IMG/VR virus record: IMGVR_UViG_3300050138_000621
Coordinates: 1-64,000 of that record
Origin: a virus
Length of the DNA: 64,000 nt
Reading direction: 5' to 3' (one strand)
Shown here: piece by piece, positions 52,021 through 59,013 of the stretch
Numbering within the stretch: the first letter of the stretch is position 1
Layout: the number at the start of each line of letters is the position of its first letter
Notes under the pieces: generated by a model
What the model was told of the DNA's origin: nothing
The model's input: the letters and a program-made list of their open reading frames with translations, nothing else
The model's database searches: none
Translations under genes and position numbers: made by a program

Positions 52021-52028
52021 GCCCGCAG

Positions 52029-52040
52029 CGTTCGCTATAG
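52029..52040 (+). promoter_or_regulatory. 12-nt element CGTTCGCTATAG
   Basis: Exact match, 7 nt upstream of the dut ATG 52048. Confidence 0.6.
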
Positions 52041-52047
52041 GATCAGC

Positions 52048-52539
52048 ATGTACGAAAACGTCTTCATCAAGATCAAGAAGCTGCACACCGACGCCAAGCT
52101 GCCCGTGTTCTCGACGGCGGGCGCCGCCGGTGCAGACCTGCACGCGTACGTCCGCCTGGATGACGAGCGCCTCCGTTACGACGACAAAAACTGCCCGTTC
52201 GTCCGCATCTACCAGGACGAACACAGGGTCATCGGCTGCGGCATCGCCATCGAGGTGCCCGAGGGCTTCGAGGCGCAGGTTCGCCCGCGCTCGGGGCTCG
52301 CCGCAAAGCTCGGGATTTCCATCGTCAACAGCCCGGGCACGATCGACAGCGACTACCGTGGCGAGATCGGGGCCATCCTCATCAACCACGGAGCGCATCC
52401 ATTCGACGTGCGGTCCGGAGACCGTATCGCGCAGATCGTCGTGGTCCCGATCCCCAAGGTCACCTTCATCGAGGCCAACGAATTGACCGACACCAAGCGC
52501 GGCGCCGGGGGCATGGGCAGCACGGGGGTATCGTCATGA
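52048..52539 (+). CDS. dut: dUTPase
   Basis: GAAGADL, RPRSGL, NSPGTIDSDYRGEI, GDRIAQ, RGAGGMGSTG motifs. A 12-mer lies 7 nt upstream. Confidence 0.85.
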   Translation: MYENVFIKIKKLHTDAKLPVFSTAGAAGADLHAYVRLDDERLRYDDKNCPFVRIYQDEHRVIGCGIAIEVPEGFEAQVRPRSGLAAKLGISIVNSPGTIDSDYRGEIGAILINHGAHPFDVRSGDRIAQIVVVPIPKVTFIEANELTDTKRGAGGMGSTGVSS

Positions 52540-52820
52540 AAACGATCGAGATGAGAGGCTGGGTGCCCGAGGCCATCAACACCTGTGAGGACAACGAGCT
52601 TCTCATCCAGGACATCGTTCAGACGCTGAGCGGCCAGGAACCGGGCACCAACACGGTTTCGGTCGGCGGCGAAACGCTCATCTTCGGCGCCGTCGACGTC
52701 GATGGAAAGCTCTGCATTTACGAGTGCGAGATTCGCCGCGCCAGTGTGAACGTCGTCGAGGACATCGTCCCGGACGGTTGCGTGGGGACGAACGTCACAA
52801 AACAGACGCACTTCTCGTAA
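52536..52820 (+). CDS. hypothetical protein
   Basis: 94-aa ORF with an ATGA overlap. Confidence 0.5.
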   Translation: MKTIEMRGWVPEAINTCEDNELLIQDIVQTLSGQEPGTNTVSVGGETLIFGAVDVDGKLCIYECEIRRASVNVVEDIVPDGCVGTNVTKQTHFS

Positions 52821-52921
52821 CTCCACGGTATCCCTGGGCCGGTCCACGGGATTCCGTGGCTGAGCTGGGTACACTTTGTGCATGGCAGCGCCCTTCCTGG
52901 CGTGCTACGCTTCTCGTTAAC

Positions 52922-53287
52922 ATGCCCGAAACGCAATTTGAAGTGGTCACCAGGAGCAACCCCTTAACGGCCGTGAAGCTTAAGATCGAGAGCCTGATAG
53001 CATCCAGGCTGGGGATTTTGCACTGCGAAGCGTCAGACCTGGCTGCCGACATGGAGGCGCTGATCGGGCGCCTTCGTAGCAGGGGCCACAAGGCCAAGGT
53101 CGACGACCTCAAAGCTGGCAGATGGTACAGAACGGCCTCGGACCTCCGTCTTCTACAGGAGCTGTACACGTTCGTCTGCGATGTGGGCGGCGTAGATGAG
53201 TCGCCGATCGAAATGGAGATCATGGACGCCGAGAGCGGGCCCTCCGAGATCCAAGACGAGGTCACGGAGTCGCACAGGTTCCGGTGA
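52922..53287 (+). CDS. hypothetical protein
   Basis: ATG 52922 (MPETQFEVV...) in ORF 52724..53287. Confidence 0.5.
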   Translation: MPETQFEVVTRSNPLTAVKLKIESLIASRLGILHCEASDLAADMEALIGRLRSRGHKAKVDDLKAGRWYRTASDLRLLQELYTFVCDVGGVDESPIEMEIMDAESGPSEIQDEVTESHRFR

Positions 53288-53288
53288 G

Positions 53289-53300
53289 CGTTCGCTATAG
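53289..53300 (+). promoter_or_regulatory. 12-nt element CGTTCGCTATAG
   Basis: Exact match, 6 nt upstream of GTG 53307. Confidence 0.6.
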
Positions 53301-53306
53301 AGATGC

Positions 53307-53861
53307 GTGGGACAGCTTCTACGCCTCTGGGTTGACGATGAGCGACCGGCGCCCGAGGGTTGGTTTCACGTAAAAACGGCGCGGGACGCCATCGACGTCC
53401 TGAGCACTCAGGAGGTTCACGAGCTGTCGCTCGACCACGACCTCGGGCACTGCGAGAAGTGCGTCGGCTGTAAGGGGTACAAATCGAAGTGCGGGTGCCA
53501 GTGCCACTGGTCCGGGTACTCGGTCGCCCTCTTCATGTCGACCACCGGGCGCTGGCCCGAGAAGAAGCCGACCTGCCACAGCGCCAACCCCGCCGGCAAG
53601 GCGAACATCGAGGCGACGATCCATCGCTACTTCGGGCAAAAGCTCGCGGCGTCGACGGGCGAGTTCCGGCTGACGTGGAAGGAGCTGGAGATCTCCAAGC
53701 GGTTCACCACACGGCACGTCATTCGCCATCGCAAGGAAAAGAAGACAGCGATCGGAGGCCGGTTCACCTACAGCTTCACGCCGACGAGTCTCGGCGAGAT
53801 CGCGGCCATCCGTTGCGCGTGCGGCAAGAAGAAGACGCTCACCGACTTCTCGGACTGGTAG
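53307..53861 (+). CDS. hypothetical protein; N-terminal domain resembles the phage 'cyclic-phosphate processing receiver'-type domain (WxDDxR...DHDLG)
   Basis: LWVDDERPAPEGW...AIDVL...ELSLDHDLG, followed by a Cys-rich insert. GTG lies 6 nt after a 12-mer. Confidence 0.4.
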   Translation: MGQLLRLWVDDERPAPEGWFHVKTARDAIDVLSTQEVHELSLDHDLGHCEKCVGCKGYKSKCGCQCHWSGYSVALFMSTTGRWPEKKPTCHSANPAGKANIEATIHRYFGQKLAASTGEFRLTWKELEISKRFTTRHVIRHRKEKKTAIGGRFTYSFTPTSLGEIAAIRCACGKKKTLTDFSDW

Positions 53862-53863
53862 GG

Positions 53864-53875
53864 CGTTCGCTATAG
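53864..53875 (+). promoter_or_regulatory. 12-nt element CGTTCGCTATAG
   Basis: Exact match, 6 nt upstream of GTG 53882. Confidence 0.6.
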
Positions 53876-53881
53876 ATTGGG

Positions 53882-54382
53882 GTGGTAACGATCCGGCTCA
53901 CCCAGGGCAAAGTCACGTTTATCGACGACAAGCACGCCGACCTGGCGGGACTGGGGTGGTATGCGGTCAAGCGCAAAAGATCGAAAACCGTCTACGCCGC
54001 TCGACACGTCCCCGAACGCCCAGGTCGCCCGCTAGAATATCTCCACCAGCGGATCGCCGAACGCATGGGCATTGTAGGGGCGCCCGACCACAGGGACCGT
54101 GACGGCCTCAACAATCGCGAGAGCAACCTGAGGCCTGATCCAAATGGCCGAAACGCCGCCAACGTCGGACGGCGGACTGACAATACTAGCGGCTTCAAGG
54201 GCGTCAGTCCCCACAAGGCCAGTGGCAAGTGGCAGGCCCGAATCATGGTCGACCGCAAGAGCCGCTATCTCGGCCTCTTCGATGACCCGATCGAGGCAGC
54301 CAAGGCCTACGATCGCGCAGCCCCGGAAGCATTCGGGGAGTTCGCAGTCCTGAACTTCCCCGCAACGGAGGCGGGGGCTTAG
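53882..54382 (+). CDS. HNH endonuclease with AP2 domain (paralogue of 47495..47998)
   Basis: HRDRDGLNNRESNLR plus SGFKGV...GKWQARI...LGLF...EAAKAYDRAA..FGEFAVLNF. GTG lies 6 nt after a 12-mer. Confidence 0.75.
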   Translation: MVTIRLTQGKVTFIDDKHADLAGLGWYAVKRKRSKTVYAARHVPERPGRPLEYLHQRIAERMGIVGAPDHRDRDGLNNRESNLRPDPNGRNAANVGRRTDNTSGFKGVSPHKASGKWQARIMVDRKSRYLGLFDDPIEAAKAYDRAAPEAFGEFAVLNFPATEAGA

Positions 54383-54717
54383 ACGCCGGTGCGGCGGGTG
54401 TACGCCATATCGACCGGGGCGACCTGGGTCTCGATGCAGAGCGTGGCGCTGCCATTATAGGCGCTCACGTCAATCGGGCTGTTGGACTGGGACGAGAAGC
54501 CGTTCTTCCCCACCACCGGGTCTGCGTTGCCCACGACGACCGTGGTCGCTGTCGGGCAACGGAGGAGTTTGACGTGAACCGATGCCGATGCGTCGTTCAG
54601 GGTCAGCCAGGCGGTCGTGCCTGGGAACAGCGAAGCGGTCTCATCGACCGTCAGCACGCCTTCGTTCGTGGCCGCGCTGACGGCCTTGGACGACTTGAAG
54701 ATGGGGATACCGGCCAT
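54379..54717 (-). CDS. hypothetical late protein
   Basis: 112-aa ORF. CAATCAT lies 6 nt upstream. Confidence 0.55.
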   Translation of the reverse strand: MAGIPIFKSSKAVSAATNEGVLTVDETASLFPGTTAWLTLNDASASVHVKLLRCPTATTVVVGNADPVVGKNGFSSQSNSPIDVSAYNGSATLCIETQVAPVDMAYTRRTGV

Positions 54718-54738
54718 GACTTGATGATTGGTGCCGGA

Positions 54739-55314
54739 TTAGATCCAGGCCCAGATGCGGTGCCAGGTGCGCCCAATCCACCCGGAGGCGGCGTTCGCGT
54801 CTTCCTTGGCCTGGGCCCCCAACTCCTTGGCGGCGGCCACAACGGCGGCCTGGGTGGCTTTGGCGGCCATGGCGGCGGTGGAGTCGACAATGGCGACGAC
54901 CACGGGGTTCTTCAGGTGGTCGACCACCGTCTCCAGCTCCTTGATCGCGCTGGACTTGGCGGCCTCGTCCTTGACTGCTTTGACGAAGGAGGTCAATGCA
55001 GTCGACACGGCCTCGATGGCGGCGTGGGCGTCGCTTTCGAGCTTCTTGGCCTCGGCCTCGGCGGCTGCGGCGACCTTGACGGCTTCCGCCTTCGCGGCGG
55101 CATCCATCTTCTCGCACTCGGCGCAGACGAACTTGCAGCCCTTGGCGGCGATCTTCTCGACCTCGGTCATGAGGCCCTTGACGTCGGCGACGACCGCAGT
55201 TTCGATCTTTTTGGCCTCTGCGACGACTGCAGTTTCGACCTTTTCGGTCCTGGTCTCGACCGCAGTTTCGGCCTTCTTGATGGCCCCTTCGACACTCTCG
55301 ACGATGTTGCTCAT
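54739..55314 (-). CDS. Ala-rich helical-repeat protein with Trp-rich C-terminus
   Basis: ATG 55314 (MSNIVESVEGAIKKAETAVE...) inside the long ORF 54739..56055. CAATCAT lies 10 nt upstream. Confidence 0.55.
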   Translation of the reverse strand: MSNIVESVEGAIKKAETAVETRTEKVETAVVAEAKKIETAVVADVKGLMTEVEKIAAKGCKFVCAECEKMDAAAKAEAVKVAAAAEAEAKKLESDAHAAIEAVSTALTSFVKAVKDEAAKSSAIKELETVVDHLKNPVVVAIVDSTAAMAAKATQAAVVAAAKELGAQAKEDANAASGWIGRTWHRIWAWI

Positions 55315-55322
55315 TTGTGGTC

Positions 55323-55793
55323 CTATGATTGAGGCGCTCGGGGGACGATTGTGAACGCGCTGATGAACGGGATCTCCGGCAACGTGCTTTTGAACTCGTA
55401 CTTCGTTCCGTTCTCTACCAGCTCGCCGGAGATAGTCTGCGTGCAGATGTAGGTGGTGCTTGGGGCGATCCCCGTGCCCTTCCCGCACTTCGAGCACGCT
55501 GGCGGACTGACCGACATCCACACCGTTGGGTAGTCGTGGGCGCCGCCCATGGGGCACATGTCGTTGTAGACAAAGCTCGGCCACGGATCCGGGAGCGGGT
55601 ACTGCGGCTGGTAGGGCACATCGATGAGCTTGCCGATGCTCTCCTTGTCCCCGAGGCCGGGACACGCGGGATTCGCGGGCGGAGTGAGAGTGACCTTCGG
55701 TAGCAGCGTAGGATCGATGATGGAGGCCAGCTCGGCTGCCGTCCCTTCCATTTCGATGACGGTGCCATCCCCTTTTGTGATCTTCGCTTTCAT
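55323..55793 (-). CDS. hypothetical protein
   Basis: 156-aa ORF. Confidence 0.55.
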   Translation of the reverse strand: MKAKITKGDGTVIEMEGTAAELASIIDPTLLPKVTLTPPANPACPGLGDKESIGKLIDVPYQPQYPLPDPWPSFVYNDMCPMGGAHDYPTVWMSVSPPACSKCGKGTGIAPSTTYICTQTISGELVENGTKYEFKSTLPEIPFISAFTIVPRAPQS

Positions 55794-56116
55794 TACACTC
55801 CCGTGGTGATTTCGAGATTTTCTGTACGCATAAGGTGGTCCACCTTGCGATCCAAGGACGCGAACCCTTCGTCAATCGCGGCCACCTGGGCGTGGGCCCA
55901 GTACACGAACTTCGGGTGAACAGACAGGCGCCGAAGGGCTTCCCGGCGATTCTGGTGCTGGGATCGCTGGGACTCGGACTCGCCGATGGCGCCGGACGGC
56001 TCGTGAGTGAAGCGGATCGCGCTCGAAGTCTTGTTGCGCTTCTGCCCGCCCGCACCGGAGCCCCGGTACTGTTCTTCGCGCAGGTCTGCGAGCTTGACAG
56101 AGAATACGCGGGCCAT
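55793..56116 (-). CDS. GGQ-motif peptidyl-tRNA hydrolase domain protein (ArfB / release-factor-like)
   Basis: YRGSGAGGQKRNKTSSAIRFTHEPSG...SQRSQHQNRREALRRL is collinear with the RF-1/ArfB catalytic domain. 107 aa. Confidence 0.75.
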   Translation of the reverse strand: MARVFSVKLADLREEQYRGSGAGGQKRNKTSSAIRFTHEPSGAIGESESQRSQHQNRREALRRLSVHPKFVYWAHAQVAAIDEGFASLDRKVDHLMRTENLEITTGV

Positions 56117-56139
56117 CAGGCCCTGAATGATTGGAACGA

Positions 56140-56631
56140 TTACGCGATGCGGACGTACCCCTTGCGCTCCGGGTCGCTGACGGTGCGGCGATTCAAGAGA
56201 AAGACGCCGACGCCTTCTCTCGATCCTCCATTGTTCGAATTGGGATCGACGGTCTGCAGGTGCCCCGTGGCCTCGTCAAGGCCGACGATCAAGAAGCAAT
56301 GTCCGTGCTGCCCATCGGCATCTTGGTTGATGCCGAGGCACGGAATGTCGGCCGACGTCAGCTCGGTGAAGAACAGGTCGGGGTTGTTGCGAACGACGCC
56401 CAGGGCGCTCCCGCTCTTCTTGAACTCCGGAGTGACGCCCAGGGCCTGGGCGGCTTCGTGAATCCAGAGCGAGCAAGCGGAGCTGCAGTAGGCGCTTCCG
56501 AGGGGAAGTCCAGTGTAGGCCTGATACTCATCGACGCGCGCGCCGCGATTGGAGCCCAAAGGGACCTCCATCACGCCAACGTCGTGGGAGGCGATTTCAG
56601 CGGTGGCACGGGCTAAATCAGTTGCTTCCAT
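56140..56631 (-). CDS. CHAP/NlpC-P60-type peptidoglycan hydrolase (endolysin candidate)
   Basis: ATG 56631. GSNRGARVDEYQ...GSAYCSSACSLWI (Cys) and GQHGHCFLIV (His). Confidence 0.55.
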   Translation of the reverse strand: MEATDLARATAEIASHDVGVMEVPLGSNRGARVDEYQAYTGLPLGSAYCSSACSLWIHEAAQALGVTPEFKKSGSALGVVRNNPDLFFTELTSADIPCLGINQDADGQHGHCFLIVGLDEATGHLQTVDPNSNNGGSREGVGVFLLNRRTVSDPERKGYVRIA

Positions 56632-57157
56632 TCGAGGTGTCCTTTGATTTGTGAGCACGAGCGTATTCAAGCGCCCGCGCCAGGGAGGTTTCGTTGTCGC
56701 GAAATAAACCAAGGGCTTTGTTGCAGGGGCCACACAGCAGGCCTCGAACGCAAATCGAGCACCCGTGCATCCCCGAGCAGTGGCCGTGATCGTGATCGAT
56801 GTGCGGAATGACCGTTTCGAGGTCGATCAAGCAGATTCGGCAAACGCCACCCTGATCGATCCAAATCGCGTCGAATCGCTCCTGGGTGATCCCGTGGCGC
56901 TTAAGAAGACTCTTCCTCTTGGAGAGCTTGCCAGCCTCGGAGGTCTGGTACTCCGCAGTGCGCGCATATAGAGTCGCCCTTGTGTCAGGATCCTGGCGAC
57001 GTCGGTGCGAATACTGACGATTTCGTTCCCGTTCTCTCTCGGCGAATACTGGATCGAGGCGCCGTAGGCGCTGATATTCCCGCTGGTGGGCCCTGCTTTC
57101 TTCGGACCTGCCTCGCTTTACGGTTTTATCGCAGGCGAGATCTGTTGCTTCGGGCAT
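56618..57157 (-). CDS. endonuclease VII-type resolvase
   Basis: HIDHDHGHC...VRGLLCGPCNKALGLFRD matches the T4 endo VII family core. CAATCAT lies 6 nt upstream. Confidence 0.7.
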   Translation of the reverse strand: MPEATDLACDKTVKRGRSEESRAHQREYQRLRRLDPVFAERERERNRQYSHRRRQDPDTRATLYARTAEYQTSEAGKLSKRKSLLKRHGITQERFDAIWIDQGGVCRICLIDLETVIPHIDHDHGHCSGMHGCSICVRGLLCGPCNKALGLFRDNETSLARALEYARAHKSKDTSNGSN

Positions 57158-57301
57158 GGCCTAATGATTGGGAGTGGACCTGCCGATTCTCGGGCGTTGG
57201 GCCGACACTGTTAACGCACCGTGCACTAATTTGATGTCGATCGCGAAATCGCCATTGAGGTCGAGAGCAAAAAAGACGATGCTGTTTTCAAGGAGATCAC
57301 G

Positions 57302-58138
57302 ATGAAGACCCTGACCAAGACCCTGTTCGCTTTCGCCCTCTTCTTTGGCATCCAGGCCTGCGGCACGGTGGACCCCGCCACATTGGGCGGTCCCGATGCC
57401 GGCGCCGGCGCCGGCGGCGCGGCCGCCGGGGGAGACACGGGCACAGGGGGAACGATGGCGGCAGCCGGCGCGCCAGGGACTGGCACCGGCGGTTCGGTTG
57501 CGACCGCGGGCCAGACCGGCGCAGGTGGGCAGCCTGCCACTGGTGGGTCAACGGGCACCGGGGGAACCAAGGCGGGCGGCGGGTCAACGGGAACCGGCGG
57601 CGCAGCTCCGGTGACCAGCTGCATGTTCCAGGGCACGAGCGGGTCCCAGCACGGCGTTTCCCAGGCAGGCACCTGCCGAGCCTGTGCCATGGATTCAGAG
57701 TGCGTTACGGCGTACGGAACCAGTCAAGAGTGTCTGGCCGGATCCTGCACGCTCGTAGGCCCCTTGGGTCCGATGCCGCGCATGACCTGCAACATCTTCA
57801 GCGCGAGTTTCGCGAATGGACCTGCGTCTGTGACCAGCTCCTCGGCTGTCGATCAGACGAATGCCTCCTGCGTCACGCAGGCAGCCAATTTCTTGGCCAA
57901 CCGCCCCAGTGTTACCCTCTGCATGGGCGTGCCGAATGGCTACACCGCAACCGTCCTGTCGGTCACGACCAGCTCAGCGAATAGCGACGACAACGGCAAC
58001 TGCAACGCCACCGTCGTGGCTCAAATGAACGGTGCCAGCGGCTGTCTCTTCGACATCACCATGAACATGCTGGCCCAGGCGCCTCCGAAGGCAACTCCGG
58101 ATCAGCCGGGACCTTTCCCGCCCCCGAGCTGTAACTAG
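57302..58138 (+). CDS. lipoprotein with Gly/Thr/Ala-rich linker and Cys-rich globular domain (opposite-strand insert in late arm)
   Basis: MKTLTKTLFAFALFFGIQAC lipobox. AAGGAG RBS. Flanked by minus-strand late genes. Confidence 0.7.
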   Translation: MKTLTKTLFAFALFFGIQACGTVDPATLGGPDAGAGAGGAAAGGDTGTGGTMAAAGAPGTGTGGSVATAGQTGAGGQPATGGSTGTGGTKAGGGSTGTGGAAPVTSCMFQGTSGSQHGVSQAGTCRACAMDSECVTAYGTSQECLAGSCTLVGPLGPMPRMTCNIFSASFANGPASVTSSSAVDQTNASCVTQAANFLANRPSVTLCMGVPNGYTATVLSVTTSSANSDDNGNCNATVVAQMNGASGCLFDITMNMLAQAPPKATPDQPGPFPPPSCN

Positions 58139-59013
58139 ACGACGGGGCCGAGAGCGGTCGAAAGGCCGTTCACATGGTAGGTATGACCTGCGGCACCTGC
58201 GGCACCTGCGACGCCTGAACCGTGACCGGCGCCGCCGGCGCCGCCGGCGACGTTGATGGAACCGCTGAGAATCAGCTGGCTGTAGACGAGAATGATGGTC
58301 CCGCCCCCGCCGCCGCCACCACCGCCATTGTTTCCTGCCGCATTGCCGGCGCCGCCGGCACCGCCAACACAAGAGAGGGTTCCAGCAATTTCGATAATGG
58401 GCGCGGCCAAGTAGATGACGTTGGCTCCGCCACCGCCGCCGCCGCCGCCCGCGGCCGTGTCGCCGCCACCACCGCCACCACCGGTGCCGCCGCCGATGTA
58501 CACGATGCTGCCGCCCTGGACCACGCACCAGCCATTGAACAGGGTGCTGTAGTTCAGGTGCTGCCCGAGCATGTTGCTCAGCAGGACCAGGCCGCCGGTG
58601 GCGCCGTTATGGGAGCCCGAGTTGCCGCCGGTGCCACCGGCGCCGCCAAGGCCCTTCCAGTTGGAACTCATGTTGGCGCCGGCCACGCCGTCGCCGCTGG
58701 AGCCGCCGTTCCCCCCTGCTTCCGCAGCCCCGAGGGTCCCAGCGGTTCCGATACCGGCGACGACGCCGCCGGTATTTCCGCTGGCGGCCAGACCGTCGCC
58801 CTTTATCGTGGCGCCGGCGCCGATCGTGATCTTGCTCCGGGCCACGATGCGGTTGCAGAAGGCGGTCAGGATTGTGCCTGAGCCCGTCACTGAGAAGGTA
58901 TCACAGTAGACGTCGCCCGAGGTGGAAATGTCGTTGTTCGACGTGTACGAAACAGCTCCGGTCCCGAGCCCGAAGAGGATCTTGTCGATGCCGCCTGTGC
59001 CTGAGAGAGCCAT
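58135..59013 (-). CDS. glycine-rich tail fibre/spike protein with poly-Gly runs
   Basis: 292 aa. GGGTGGGGGGGDTAAGGGGGGGGAN and NNGGGGGGGGGTIIL. Start overlaps the upstream stop (TAATG). Confidence 0.5.
   Translation of the reverse strand: MALSGTGGIDKILFGLGTGAVSYTSNNDISTSGDVYCDTFSVTGSGTILTAFCNRIVARSKITIGAGATIKGDGLAASGNTGGVVAGIGTAGTLGAAEAGGNGGSSGDGVAGANMSSNWKGLGGAGGTGGNSGSHNGATGGLVLLSNMLGQHLNYSTLFNGWCVVQGGSIVYIGGGTGGGGGGGDTAAGGGGGGGGANVIYLAAPIIEIAGTLSCVGGAGGAGNAAGNNGGGGGGGGGTIILVYSQLILSGSINVAGGAGGAGHGSGVAGAAGAAGHTYHVNGLSTALGPVV

Noticed and set aside
16340-53875. Reading the 12-mer as a T7-type single-subunit RNA polymerase promoter, because of the TATAG(G) end (and TATAGGGAGA at 24459).
   Set aside because: No single-subunit RNAP gene is visible in this window, and only 12 nt (not about 20) are conserved. 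It is kept as an alternative inside the finding, not as the call.
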